DNA of 64,000 nt from Andalucia godoyi And28. Taxonomy: Eukaryota > Protista > Jakobida. Position 1 is the first letter of the stretch. Each line of letters starts with the position of its first letter. Made by a program: the position numbers and the translations under genes. Shown here in pieces: positions 10,502 through 22,058 of the stretch. The notes beneath the pieces were generated by a model. The model was not told where the DNA came from, made no database searches, and saw only the letters and a program-made list of their open reading frames with translations. The stretch covers positions 24,786 to 88,785 of the forward strand of contig VRVR01000013.1 in assembly GCA_009859145.1 (NCBI GenBank), read 5' to 3'.

Positions 10502-11513
10502 ATTTATTATATGCCGGTTGCTGTGGAGCGACGGCGTGCAAAAGCAACTCGACGGCTTGGTTTTGCCTTGGAACACAAACACGCCGTGCAGTCACGGATT
10601 CCTGTCTTTTCTTGATCCGGGCAAGAATACCAAAGACCCTTTCCCCGGGCCTGATCCAGGCCCTGTTCTGCTCCTGCAAGTCTAGTGCCCTCAAATTACA
10701 GTTTTTCCGATTTTCAACTTCAGCTCTTCTCTAGCGTTGGCTACATTACGGGGTTGGGGGTCGGGGTACGTAGAATACGTATTTTACCGTAAAATGCACG
10801 TAAAATGACGTAACGCCAAATTATATTGCCGTTGAAACAAACGTACTGACACAAATTTATGGGTAAACACCGTTATCCGCATCGTCCTGTGTGGGGAATG
10901 GAGCGAGGACATTCTCAGTCGATCAGTCAACGCTACGTGGGATGAACAGTGTTTTTCGACTTTTCGACCCTCTTCTGCAGGAGTCTGAGGAGGACTGTCG
11001 TCGTCCTCGTTTCGCTCCTGTCTGACCGGTTCGCGTTCATCGGCAACTTCGCTGCCGTCCCTGTCGATACAGGATTCAAATTCACGATCGACGGGCTGTC
11101 CATGTCGTCGTTTTCACGCCTTGTGAGCTCCAAGCAGAAACAAAAAACTAAAAAAAGGACGCGTTTGTTTTGCTAATATAATACTGGTGTGAATGCGGAA
11201 GAACGAGGACGTACTGGGGGAAAAACCACTGATGATCGTAATCTCAATATAGTCGTTTTTTGCTGTGTCATTTTCAATGGCAGGAACTCAGACTTCAAAT
11301 CCTGGAAGATATGTGAACAGCACACAAGGAAATGTTCTTCGTCAGTCAAGATCCTCAACGAACTGTGCAAAACGCCCAACGAACTCTTGACTGTGCGATG
11401 ATAACCGACGGCGTTTATCCAGTTATATATGTACACACATGATTTTTGAACATGTTTCGCTCCACTTTCTTATTGCAGTTCTCACGTCAAGACGTCGATG
11501 TGCCAGAGGAGTG

Positions 11514-12179
11514 CTACGACTTTCTGGAAGCCTTCCGTTGCGAATGTTTTCCGTTCTCATTGTCGTCGTCGACACCGTCTGTTGCCAACGCAGGATCAAA
11601 CAAGTATCGTCCCTTGTAGAATGCGACGGCGATTGTGCAGCAGCAGCCGAGGAAGCAGATTGAGAAGAGGACCACGGGAACCAGCCACTCGATCCGATCC
11701 GCGTCAATGGAGAATGTCGCACGAATCGCAACTCGATTCCCTACGTTGCACAGCATGACGCTGTACTCATGAAACGGAGAGATGACGGTATTCCTTGCAG
11801 AAACCGTCGCTGGCATTCCTACCGTCTCGTACAGAATCGCCGCACACTGCCGATCCGCCCCGAGCACGCAGTCCGGTTCCAGACGCCGCAGAGTGAGAAT
11901 CAGCAGCAGCGAGGCGTCGTACGGCGTGACACTTGACGCCGTCGACGCATTCACCAATGCTGCGAATGACCCAGAAAGCGAAACCTTGCTCTTGTCAAAC
12001 AGATGTGAAATCCAGCACTCTTGCGGTTGCAACGTCGTCGAAAGGTCCGTAATGGAACCAGCACTGAAATGCAAGGTTTGCAAAAAGACAACTGCAAACA
12101 ACAACAATAACGACAATGGCGACAATGGCGACAATGGCGACAATCGGCTTGTTGTTAAGAATGGACGAGAATGATGCAT
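11514..12179 (-). CDS. Uncharacterised type I membrane protein
   Basis: Hydrophobic signal segment LLLLFAVVFLQTL, TM helix WLVPVVLFSICFLGCCCTIAVAFY and a basic cytosolic tail. ATG at 12179. Confidence 0.65.
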   Translation of the reverse strand: MHHSRPFLTTSRLSPLSPLSPLSLLLLFAVVFLQTLHFSAGSITDLSTTLQPQECWISHLFDKSKVSLSGSFAALVNASTASSVTPYDASLLLILTLRRLEPDCVLGADRQCAAILYETVGMPATVSARNTVISPFHEYSVMLCNVGNRVAIRATFSIDADRIEWLVPVVLFSICFLGCCCTIAVAFYKGRYLFDPALATDGVDDDNENGKHSQRKASRKS

Positions 12180-12476
12180 CAGTATGGCGGACTCTGCATT
12201 GTGCTTTGCTGGAGTCTGAAAAAGAAGAAGGAGGGAGGGGTGAAATGAAAGAAAGATAGATAGATAGAAAGAAGAGGGAAACGAGGAAAAGGAACGCTGA
12301 TTTGGCTCTGAAGATGCTATAGCTGGTATGTATCCATGTCGATTCACCCCCGTCGTAGTAGATTCTCGTTTGCGCATTCTTAGCGAGCCCCTGTGTACCG
12401 AGAATGGTGACTGATCTCCAGAGGCTAACTGGTTAGCTGGCTGACTGGCAAAAAGTGAGTTGATTTTTTGGCTGGA

Positions 12477-12968
12477 ATGACACAGAAGCCAGACCGGTCT
12501 GCGATTCTGAAGGTGTTTCTGAGCGAGCTGCGTGATGTGTGCAAGCAGTGCTCAGCAAGCGATGCTGGGGCCGCAGCAGGCGGCACCACAGCGACGGCGT
12601 ACGTGGAGCCTTACCCAGGACGCATCTATTCGCGGTTCTGGATCGAGGGCTTTGTTGTGTCCCGGACCACACGATCGGCCAAGTTTGACATTCTCGAGCT
12701 CGACGACGGCTCGCCCGCCCGCATGCACATCGCGGTCAATCCGTCGTGCTCGACACTTGGCGACCCTCGATTTCAGCCGGGTGCGTACATTGCAGCAGTC
12801 GTAAGACCAATCCTCAATGCCAAGCAGCTGGGATCGCCTGTACTTGCTGTCCGTGTGGGTCTTGTCGAACCCTTCGCCGTCGGAACGCGACTGACTTGCT
12901 GGCCGCTCGAAGTCGCATACTGTCGACGGCTCGTCAAGGCGGGAAACACCGATTCCGCAATTCCTTAA
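12477..12968 (+). CDS. Small OB-fold protein, RMI2-like
   Basis: LKVFLSEL...FWIEGFVVS...LELDDGS...YIAAV resembles the RMI2/RPA2-type OB fold, and the 163-aa length fits RMI2. Confidence 0.55.
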   Translation: MTQKPDRSAILKVFLSELRDVCKQCSASDAGAAAGGTTATAYVEPYPGRIYSRFWIEGFVVSRTTRSAKFDILELDDGSPARMHIAVNPSCSTLGDPRFQPGAYIAAVVRPILNAKQLGSPVLAVRVGLVEPFAVGTRLTCWPLEVAYCRRLVKAGNTDSAIP

Positions 12969-13108
12969 GTCCCACGACGCTTCCCAGCTTTTGCTGTTGG
13001 TTGCTGTTCTTCCCTTCTGCTTTATCCTGTTGCTTCATTATCTGCCAACACGTTGTCATATATATTATTTTTCGGGGAGGGTGCCGTTTCACAAAAGAGC
13101 AGCATATC

Positions 13109-13327
13109 ATGGAGAGCAGCGGTGAGCAGAGCACCGAGTTGGCAATGCTGGAGCAGCTTGATGCATCTTCCTCGCAAATTGTAAGCTCACTCCAGACTCT
13201 GACGTCCGACATGCAGCAACTCGCGGCGGCTGCACAGGCCATGAACAGCGTCGTCAAGTCGTGGGCCGGCGTCATGAGCGCATTTTCCGCAGATCCAAAC
13301 ACCCGTCTTGTCCAGTACCCTGTCTAG
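13109..13327 (+). CDS. DAD2: DASH/Dam1 complex subunit Dad2-like (72 aa)
   Basis: ELAMLEQLDASSSQIVSSLQTL...AMNSVVKSWAGVMSAF...LVQYP matches the Dad2 pattern (ELxxLxxL..S..L...L...V..W..V..AI...LVRIP). Confidence 0.65.
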   Translation: MESSGEQSTELAMLEQLDASSSQIVSSLQTLTSDMQQLAAAAQAMNSVVKSWAGVMSAFSADPNTRLVQYPV

Positions 13328-13557
13328 AAACTTTTCGTCGATGCAGTGCTGATGCCATTGCACGCGAGACTGACCAACAAACTTCTTGTACAAAAATACC
13401 AGTCTGCTCTTCACCGCATTCCCATAAATATGCTTCACAAAAATGTCAAAGCCAAAAACAACAGCAACAACAGCAACAACAGCAACACATACATCATTTA
13501 TGTCATAAGTAAGACAGATCAGGGGAGGGGGGAGAGGAGGAATAGAGATCAGCACGA

Positions 13558-14457
13558 CTAGAAGACGAATGGAATGATGATCTTGCGAGACTTGGGATAG
13601 TCCTTGAACTCCTTTCTGTAGTTTCTGTGCTTTCCGATGGCCCACTGGGTCATTTGCGCGGCGCCGACGAGTGCAAAGAGGGCGGCCGCAACAGTTTGTG
13701 TGGCAATTGTGAATCCGATCCACGCGAGAATCTCAAATGTGTAGTTCGGGCATGAGACAAGCTCGAAGAGGAAGCCTCGCGGGATCTTGCGGACCCGAGT
13801 GCCTTCGGGGCGGAGATTGCGCAGCATGATGTGGCACACGAGATTTCCGAACTCGGCTGCGGCAAAGAGAGTCGTGCCTGCGATGACCATGGTCTGACAC
13901 GGGGCTGTATAGAGAGGATGGTTGACAAAATACGACACGAACGCCGCAAATCCCCAATAGTATCCCGAATTCTTGAAAATGTTCATGAGAGGCATGGTAC
14001 CCTTTGAGAACCGATGGACAAACAGCGTCTCGAGCTCGCGTTTGGCATAGTGGATAGTCCACAAAAGAAGTGCCAACTGCTGCACAGGCTGCGACGCACC
14101 AAACCAGAAATAAAAGATGGGATATGCAAACAGCGGACCAGCATATTCGACCAGAAACACGGTTCTCCAGCCAATCTGCGGCCCAAGATCACGAAACAGC
14201 AGTTCGTTGGGCTTAGTTGTGGACAGCTTCGATGCATACACTGCCAGACTCTCTGAATCGTCCGCCAGTTTCACATATGAGGGTGACTTTCCGGATGTCG
14301 ACGGATTCGGGTCAAGAAGTGCCAGCGCAATGCGCGAAGAAGACATTGAAGGCTTGAAAGACCTCTTCAGATCCGCAACCACGCTCGTCGTCGGAACCGT
14401 CACGGTCCGCAGCACTTTGCCAGACCGAGACTTGATATCAAACACGTACGACGACAT
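13558..14457 (-). CDS. TECR: Very-long-chain enoyl-CoA reductase (TECR/TSC13)
   Basis: Ubiquitin-like N-terminus followed by RDLGPQIGWRTVFLVEYAGP, KRELETLFVHRFS, NIFKNSGYYW and VSCPNYTFE. Confidence 0.95.
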   Translation of the reverse strand: MSSYVFDIKSRSGKVLRTVTVPTTSVVADLKRSFKPSMSSSRIALALLDPNPSTSGKSPSYVKLADDSESLAVYASKLSTTKPNELLFRDLGPQIGWRTVFLVEYAGPLFAYPIFYFWFGASQPVQQLALLLWTIHYAKRELETLFVHRFSKGTMPLMNIFKNSGYYWGFAAFVSYFVNHPLYTAPCQTMVIAGTTLFAAAEFGNLVCHIMLRNLRPEGTRVRKIPRGFLFELVSCPNYTFEILAWIGFTIATQTVAAALFALVGAAQMTQWAIGKHRNYRKEFKDYPKSRKIIIPFVF

Positions 14458-14544
14458 TTCTCTTCAGCACACCTCTTGCAAAAATGAAATTACAAACCAG
14501 AAGACGAGAGAAGAGTGGAGAAGAAATCCTTAGGAAAGGAAACG

Positions 14545-14601
14545 GAAGAAGAAGAAGAAGAAGAAGAAGAAGAAGAAGAAGAAGAAGAAGAAGAAGAAGA
14601 A
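14545..14601. repeat. (GAA)n microsatellite in the TECR/NAA35 divergent promoter region
   Basis: Direct reading. Confidence 0.95.
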
Positions 14602-14819
14602 GGAAAAGAAAAAACACAACAACAATAGATATGTATATGTTTTATAACGTGAAGCGTCTGACAGTTCCGAGAAATGCAAAGATGCATATATTCTTTGTGC
14701 CTTTTGTTTTCTGCACTCTCTCATGGAGGAAGTCTTTCTAGTCTCAAGTAAGCTTCCTCGGTTTCCCAACTCGGATGGCAAGTCACTTCTCGCGCTGCAT
14801 AGCTTTCTCTGTTCATTCG

Positions 14820-14852
<33 letters not shown>

Positions 14853-15015
14853 GTGTCGGTATGCGTGTATGCAATTTTTGGAAACAATTTTTTTTTCTCC
14901 CATTGAATTGGCTTCTCTCGTGGCTGCTGCTGTTGTTGAGTCCTTTCCTGGAGTGGGTGGGATTTTCCATAGTCTGTTGTTTTAAGCTTGGTGCGGGTTG
15001 CTGGTGGTTTGGCAG

Positions 15016-17235
15016 ATGGATCGGGAATGGGAGGATGTGACTGCGCAAGTTCAGAGTGCAGTGGCATCTTTTGGGCCGAATTCGCAGGAGATTGTGCATG
15101 GCACAGGGTTTTCGCTGCTGGAAGCAATGGGTGCCGTTGAGCTGATGGATGCTCGAATGGACCCGTTTGCATCCGGCCCAATTCCGTCGCCATCGAACTA
15201 CGCAGCCTACCCAATTCATATTTCGGAAGCGGAGGTTCCGGTGATACTGGCTCAGATGCTGTACCGATTCGTACTGTTTTGCAAAGGAACGCCGCTTCCA
15301 TGCTCGCTGTATGCTTGCTACTTTTCGTTTCTTCCCGAGAAATGTCCGCATGAGCCGCTCCGGTTCTGTCTGCGTGCGATTCTGCGATGTGCATCGATCG
15401 GACGACAGGCGGTTGTCAGTGCAAACATCTCGGAGGAAGACGAATTCACGCATGCACCGTTCTCGCTGCCGCTGTGGCCGCAGACTCCGCCAAGTGTCGT
15501 TCCGCCTGTGTTCCACGGATACACGGATGCACAGCTTATTGCAAAGCTGGACGCTCTTGGAAGAGAGACGCAGGCATCAGACGGGACAACAGGGGATCAG
15601 AAATATTGTCTTTTTTTCGCGCGATTACTGGAGCTGGTGACTTGTCTGTCAGAAAAGAACATTCGGAAAAGCGTAATGATGCTCGCGAGATGCCGCGGGT
15701 CGCTTGGAGCAATCTCTGAGTTTCTAACTGCCCACATGTCGGGGGTTGCGGAAGACCAGATTGCAGCGATTGTGAAGGACGCGGGGACGTTTGACGACCG
15801 GCTCGCCGCAAGGTTTGTTGCGGGACTGCCGGCGCGCAACTTGCCATCGATGTCGACTGCTGAGGTACTGGCGGCATTGGAGAAACTCATGGATGATTTT
15901 GACGGAGTTTGCGCAATTGTAGCGACTGCAGAGGCACTCATGGCTTTGGAAACCGAGCGATTACAAGGACTTAGTTCCTTGCTGCATGCTGTGGAACTGT
16001 TCAACTCCGAAGCAAATCCAAGCGTGATTCCGCGTTCGTTCTTGGTACTGTGGGCATTGACCACACAAGGTTGCATTTTTGAGCACAGCATTGATACGTT
16101 TGTGTCGCACAGAATTCAGTCGTACCTGACGATTTCGTTTGCGGACTCGGACTGGGAAGCATTCAAGGTCGGTGCCGACTTTGCAGAGTTCCGAAAGAGG
16201 ATCACGAATGCGATCATTCAGTGGTTGCAGACTGTGTGCATGAATCGGGCAGTGATGCGCAGAAGGTGTGCGCGAGTCTTGCGATCGATCTCAGTGGTTC
16301 AAGAAGATGCGTCAGTAATGGACTCGCTGCTGATGCAGGCACTCGTCAAGGAGGATGATAAGAGACCGCAGACCAATGACCTCGCGTTCACGTTTTTCGC
16401 AACAGATTTTGCGCTACATGTGGCAATTACGTATGTCCTGATGGGGTTCGAGCTCGAGCTGTATCAGCCCGCAGAGTACGCTCCAACACTGTATGTAGCC
16501 GACTACTTGTTCCAGTGCCGCATGCAATTTATCAACATGATGGAAACAAAACACGACAGAATGCGCAAGCTCCGAGCTGCAGAATTGTCTGCGAAGAAGA
16601 ATTTGAAAAAGAAGAAGCAGCAGCAGGAAACTCATATCCCCATTCCCGATTACACCTTCCCGGGACGTTTGCGATATGCAATTGCCAAACATTATCTTGT
16701 TCGCGGAATGTCTCGACTCGCTTTTTCTGGAGTCTTGTGCAAGCAGATTCCATCGGACGCAGATGTTTTCTCGGATCCAAAAACTGTGTATGACCACCGG
16801 TTTCACCACGTGTTTGTGTTGCTGGAGCCGCCCCCATTGCATTACAAGGATTACGCAAAGTTCGTGCGTCCCGCTGAGGATTCCCATCTGGCAACTGGTT
16901 CTACACAAGGACCAGGATCGTCCGCCACCGCAACTCCGTCTGCGCTTCGCAACTTCGCGGTTGATCATCTTGTGGCTGCAAAGCGTGATTTGTGCCAATT
17001 GAAGCTGGCTTTGTCGGTAGGCCATGCTTCCTCTTTACCCAGTGATCGTTGGCTGTCCTCGGAGCTGGATCTTCTGATGAAAGTGTGCGACGCCAACAGG
17101 ATTTCAACGGAGCTTGTTTCAAAGATGTCGAAGCCTGTGGAAGGCAATTCTTTCGAAGAGTCGAATGTTTTCAAAAGGCTAGAGATTGATGAAGCAGAGA
17201 AACGCTGGCCAATTTGGAAGCCCAAGAAGAACTAA
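15016..17235 (+). CDS. NAA35: NatC auxiliary subunit NAA35/Mak10
   Basis: FSLLEAMGAVELMDARMD, ISEEDEF, GFELELYQPAEY...LYVADYL and RFHHV..L..PPPL.Y..Y. Confidence 0.9.
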   Translation: MDREWEDVTAQVQSAVASFGPNSQEIVHGTGFSLLEAMGAVELMDARMDPFASGPIPSPSNYAAYPIHISEAEVPVILAQMLYRFVLFCKGTPLPCSLYACYFSFLPEKCPHEPLRFCLRAILRCASIGRQAVVSANISEEDEFTHAPFSLPLWPQTPPSVVPPVFHGYTDAQLIAKLDALGRETQASDGTTGDQKYCLFFARLLELVTCLSEKNIRKSVMMLARCRGSLGAISEFLTAHMSGVAEDQIAAIVKDAGTFDDRLAARFVAGLPARNLPSMSTAEVLAALEKLMDDFDGVCAIVATAEALMALETERLQGLSSLLHAVELFNSEANPSVIPRSFLVLWALTTQGCIFEHSIDTFVSHRIQSYLTISFADSDWEAFKVGADFAEFRKRITNAIIQWLQTVCMNRAVMRRRCARVLRSISVVQEDASVMDSLLMQALVKEDDKRPQTNDLAFTFFATDFALHVAITYVLMGFELELYQPAEYAPTLYVADYLFQCRMQFINMMETKHDRMRKLRAAELSAKKNLKKKKQQQETHIPIPDYTFPGRLRYAIAKHYLVRGMSRLAFSGVLCKQIPSDADVFSDPKTVYDHRFHHVFVLLEPPPLHYKDYAKFVRPAEDSHLATGSTQGPGSSATATPSALRNFAVDHLVAAKRDLCQLKLALSVGHASSLPSDRWLSSELDLLMKVCDANRISTELVSKMSKPVEGNSFEESNVFKRLEIDEAEKRWPIWKPKKN

Positions 17236-18128
17236 CTCGCCATCTTCACGCAGTGTTCCCTTTCGGACTTCAATCCACCCACACTCTCCCTCTTTTTATT
17301 CTTTCTTTTTTCTTTTTTTTTTTTTTCTTTTTTGGCTATGCTATTATTATTTTATTAGCACTTCTTGTTGTTTTGGGCCTCCGGCTTCCAGCGGTAGTTA
17401 CACGGTGTGTTCGTCTAACGATTGGCTTCTTCGCGCGTCGCAATGGATGTAGAGAAAATCCACTTTTGATGTATGCGTACATTTCTATCCGTCTGAAATT
17501 TCGTTGCGCGCTTCCTCCTCTCCAAATCTCGTCGGAATTCGATCCCTTCGTCATAGTCGATTATGGTCATCTCAGGCTCCTTGTCAGTTAAGGACTAGAG
17601 TTGTGCGCAAGGATGCTGCATCGTGGGATGTTCCTGATGCTTGTGTTGCGCACTCTCGCATCTGGAAACGCAGAGCAGCCATGGAACACTGGTAGCAGTT
17701 TTATGTAATGTTGGCGTCGTGAAGGTGCCCTGCAAGAACGACCACGACCGGCTGGCTCGACAGGACGATAGAACTGGACTTCCATCTGTACGTATGTTGT
17801 TGTCTTTATATAAAATAAAACTGTAAAAATGGGGACGGAGAGGACATCGCTTCTGCAGGATCGTGAAATCATCCACGGCCCCATAACCTGCTTAGTGGAT
17901 TGCTTCCTTTCCTCTGCCTGGTAATGTTGAAACATGAAAAAAGACAAAACAAAAATAATTAATCAAGCAAAATAATAATGAACAGAAGAAGCGTTCCCCA
18001 CGACCAAAAGGAGGGAAATTAGCGAGTAGAGGAGGAGGGGGGAGAAGAAAATCTAGAATACAAAAAGGAAACAAAGAAGAAACGCTGGAATCAACAACAG
18101 AAACAGGAAACAGCAAGTCTACAAGCAA

Positions 18129-20210
18129 TCAGGGGTTCGAAATATCTGCCACATCATCTTCTAGCACAAAGGCCCCGGAAACCCTGGCACGGCGTTCACA
18201 GAGGCCACGCATCAGCGTATCGATGACGTCCTCTGGATCCTCCAGCACGCACGCCTTGATTTCCGAGATGACATGAGAGAAATCATGAATACTCAGTGAA
18301 CCCGGCTTCCATTGCAGATAGAACAGGTAGAACATCGCGATGTAGAGGCGGTTAACGACCAGGAACACCGAATCCCAGCGGTTGATCAAGCAATTGAGCA
18401 CCCCGGATCGCAGAGCCTCCAGGCAAACTTTGGTCAAATTGATTCCGGTAACTGCGAAGGGAAAGTCCTTATTTGACGCGAGATTTGAGCGAGAGAGCGT
18501 GTGGATATCCAGCGTCAATGATGAAAACAAAGAATCCGAGGAGATGAAGAGCAGCTGCAGGAGTCCCAACAAACCACCCCCGCGAAGATCCGTGGCAGGG
18601 TCGGAGCCTTGAAACCCAATCGTTTCCCAGTGCGAACCAAACCGAGGGCACTGTCGCGTTGAGGTGCCTGTGAGCCTGGAGTACAGAGTTCGAATCGCCC
18701 GGACATGATCCACGTTCGAATCATCAAAGGCGAGACGGGCAAAACAAAACACCATCAAACGCTCCTCGGTCAATTCACTGCTTCGCAGCTTTGGTGGCGG
18801 CGCCTTGTACATGCCACACGTCATGTAAAACAAGCAGGTTTTCCGCGGAGGTGCAATCGACGCGTCAAAGACGACAACCGAAGGCTTCACACCCGAGATG
18901 TCCGTGCGAATGAGGTACTTGAAGAACATTTCGTATTGAATCGGAGCACAAGACACATCCTGCCCGTCCGCCGCACTCGAGGCGAAACCGGCAGCCGAGA
19001 GCTGTGCATCCCGAATCGCAGTAACTCGATTCCATTCCGCTTCTGCTGCTAATTGCTCCTCCGTAAGCGGCTGATCGGGAGGAAGCGGCCCCAGAGTTTT
19101 GAATCCCGCGACTCCATTTCCGAAGCCTTGCTCGTCTTTGCCATTCAGTCCAACATCGCTCAGGACGTACAGATGCTTCTCAACGTTGGTTGAAAATCGC
19201 ACAGACTTGCGCCTCTTCGATGATCCGTTCTCGGAAAACAGCACAGCACTCGTTTCCTTCTGATGATTCTCAGAGTCCTTTGGTCGTGCAGTAAGCGGCT
19301 CGATGGACTGCATCGAGCCTCGAATGCATGGTTGCAGAAGCCTCTCGTCGGTATGATGGTGCAACGGCTCATGGATGAAGTTGGAAGGCGACCGTGGGGG
19401 CTGATCCGCCACCACAAGTGTTCCGTGCGCATGAGCATCGGTTGCAGACTTGTTCAATGAAACGATCAAGGTCAGTGTTCTTGCACCTGATTTTGATGTG
19501 GACGTCATTGCAGGAAAACCTGTTGAGGAGGACGATGACGCCGAGTCTTCCGAATCGGATCGTCGATCGCCGGTTGGAACTGCCGCCGCCGCTTGATCCG
19601 ACTCGACGGTAATGAAGGGTTCGTCCAACTTTGCTTCAATGCGGTTTGTTTGTCGCGACTCGACTTCATTGTCCTCCGAGACCACTGAAATACTTGGTGC
19701 TGGAAGGTAGTTCACTGGTGGAGATGCCGGTGCCAATGTCAATGTACTCGACGCACTTGACGCACTTGACGCACTGTTCCCTGTCGAAGATGGCGTTGTT
19801 GAGGATGTCGCAATGGGACTGGTGCAAGTTGTGAAACCTGCAGGAAGAGCTGTCGACGCTAGCACTGGTATTGGTATTTGTGCTGCTGCTGCTACTGCTG
19901 ATGGCGATGATGATGAATGCATCCCCGGAGCCGGATCTTCCATGTAATCTCTAGGAGTAGCCGTTTGCGAAGGAGTAGACTGACCAGATCCAACCGGCGA
20001 TCGCTCCGGCTCTCCAAAATCGTCGTCGTCGTCACCACCACCACCGCGATGCACAATCTTTGATCCCGATTCGTGCATCAAAGAAGCGTCCGTGTCGTCA
20101 AAAACATCAGGAGTCGGAGAACTGTGAGATTCTAAGTCCGAAGAACGCGGATGCTGCTCATCATCCTTTGCGTATGCCGGAGTAATGTCGTCAAGATCCA
20201 GTGCCGACAT
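18129..20210 (-). CDS. ELMO/CED-12 domain protein (ELMOD family) with a long disordered N-terminus
   Basis: HWETIGFQGSDPATDLRGGGLLGLLQL and FPFAVTGINLT. Confidence 0.9.
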   Translation of the reverse strand: MSALDLDDITPAYAKDDEQHPRSSDLESHSSPTPDVFDDTDASLMHESGSKIVHRGGGGDDDDDFGEPERSPVGSGQSTPSQTATPRDYMEDPAPGMHSSSSPSAVAAAAQIPIPVLASTALPAGFTTCTSPIATSSTTPSSTGNSASSASSASSTLTLAPASPPVNYLPAPSISVVSEDNEVESRQTNRIEAKLDEPFITVESDQAAAAVPTGDRRSDSEDSASSSSSTGFPAMTSTSKSGARTLTLIVSLNKSATDAHAHGTLVVADQPPRSPSNFIHEPLHHHTDERLLQPCIRGSMQSIEPLTARPKDSENHQKETSAVLFSENGSSKRRKSVRFSTNVEKHLYVLSDVGLNGKDEQGFGNGVAGFKTLGPLPPDQPLTEEQLAAEAEWNRVTAIRDAQLSAAGFASSAADGQDVSCAPIQYEMFFKYLIRTDISGVKPSVVVFDASIAPPRKTCLFYMTCGMYKAPPPKLRSSELTEERLMVFCFARLAFDDSNVDHVRAIRTLYSRLTGTSTRQCPRFGSHWETIGFQGSDPATDLRGGGLLGLLQLLFISSDSLFSSLTLDIHTLSRSNLASNKDFPFAVTGINLTKVCLEALRSGVLNCLINRWDSVFLVVNRLYIAMFYLFYLQWKPGSLSIHDFSHVISEIKACVLEDPEDVIDTLMRGLCERRARVSGAFVLEDDVADISNP

Positions 20211-20737
20211 TTCCTTTCTCCTCTCTCGTGTCTGTCGTCTCTCGTCTGCTGCGCTAATTCACGAATGCAGAATAACAACAAAGAGAAAATTGGAGCGGTA
20301 AAACGAACTCAAAAGAAAACAAACACAGCCGATGGGACTTTTGAAACACTGTAATTTTCAAATCAAACAGATACAAGAGAAAGACAGAACGACAGACAAG
20401 ATCACGTTGCGAAAAAGAAGAAAAGGGAATGAATCTAACGCCCTTCTTTTTTCCCTTGAGACTCTGTTCCTGCTACTCTTCACTTGCTTGCTGGGAAATG
20501 AAAGAAATCAGATCTGGAGAGAGATCCAGAGAAGAAGAGATGTCTGAACACTTTCAAAAGACTTAAAGCAACAAGGAAAAAAGAAAAGAAGATAATTGCA
20601 GAATATGAAGATGAAGAAAAATAAAAAATAAAAAATAAAATAAAGAAATAAAGAAGAAGAAGATTAATATAACAATTAATGGTGATTATAGCACAATAAG
20701 AAAAAATAATAATATAAAAACAATAATAAAGAATCCA

Positions 20738-20740
<3 letters not shown>

Positions 20741-20784
<44 letters not shown>

Positions 20785-20795
20785 TGATGATGATG
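20741..20795. repeat. (AAT)n/(GAT)n microsatellite
   Basis: Direct reading. Confidence 0.95.
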
Positions 20796-21001
20796 CATAG
20801 GACTCGTAATGAATAGTAATCGAAATAGAGAGGAAAAACCACCCGAAAACTGCTCAAAGCACAGGCACATTTGGGACAGAAAAACAAAGCCGGGTGACTG
20901 TTGCTTGTCTGGGTCTGCGAGAGAAGTCCGTGAATTCATTTGTATTTAATTATTGGTGAGGGTTGGGGGATGGGGGCTGCTTTACGGCTGGCGTTATGGT
21001 A

Positions 21002-21634
21002 TTATGGTATTTTTGGGTTGGGTTTGCGCGATGGGGTGGCGGCATCGAGGGGCTTCATGCTCGGTGTAGAGACTGCAGCGGAGACACGCGTGGAGTTTTG
21101 GGCTAGATATTTGCAATGCTCTTGTATGACTTGCAGGTGATGTGGAAATGCATGGGCGTCAACTGCATTGTCGAACGCAAAGACTGCATTCAGAGACGCA
21201 GTGTGGTACGTAACGCCTGTTTGGAGGTACGTCGACCATGCTTCGGTTCGCTTGTTGCATTCCAAACAGAGAGCCTTTGCAATGTCCTCGACAATGCTGC
21301 AGTCCTCAAGAAACACGCTTCCGCGCTGCTGCTTCTCGACATCGTTCGCAAGCAGTGCTTTTTGAACCGCCGTCATCGCAGTCTCCTTTACAGCTCCCAG
21401 ATCCTGCATCAGTGGCGTCAGAGGATCCAGCACCGTCTTGCACAGGTCGCCAAGACTCTCCCAAACCTTGTCGTATAAATACAAGTGTGACTCCGGCCCT
21501 GCATACATCCCCGGATCTTCAAGATGGTCCAAGTATGCTAGCAATGCTGCCGCACATTTTCTTCTTGCAGTAGGATACACTTCGTTCAGCTGCACGTCAA
21601 CCTTTCCGCTTATGGAGGACAGCGAAGACCACAT
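21002..21634 (-). CDS. Hypothetical protein (~210 aa)
   Basis: Long ORF with globular, helical composition and codon style like neighbouring genes; no family recognised. Confidence 0.6.
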   Translation of the reverse strand: MWSSLSSISGKVDVQLNEVYPTARRKCAAALLAYLDHLEDPGMYAGPESHLYLYDKVWESLGDLCKTVLDPLTPLMQDLGAVKETAMTAVQKALLANDVEKQQRGSVFLEDCSIVEDIAKALCLECNKRTEAWSTYLQTGVTYHTASLNAVFAFDNAVDAHAFPHHLQVIQEHCKYLAQNSTRVSAAVSTPSMKPLDAATPSRKPNPKIP

Positions 21635-21892
21635 TTCCTGACACACTCGCTCGCGCTAACTCGAGCCCACTCACTCTCTCAACTACACGCCCGCCTTGCG
21701 CGCAAACGTACCTCAATAATTAGCAGACAAAAGTGAAAATGTGTCGAAACGAAAGACACTCAATGGAAGTCCGGCAGTCACCCCGAATCTTTCCATTTGC
21801 AGCTGTTCTTCTTGAAACACCGTACGGTTTCCGGCAGCCATTATGTTCTTTTGGGGCGTTCTTTTTTCATGTTCCTTTTGAACGCGAGCGAG

Positions 21893-22050
<158 letters not shown>

Positions 22051-22058
22051 GATTGAAA

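Noticed and set aside
10374-10694. Minus-strand ORF with a D/E tract, and GTAAGT donors on both strands near 10339-10384
   Set aside because: There is no ATG, the acidic tract is simply the microsatellite, and the trial splices gave no convincing product and would overlap the EAF7-like gene.
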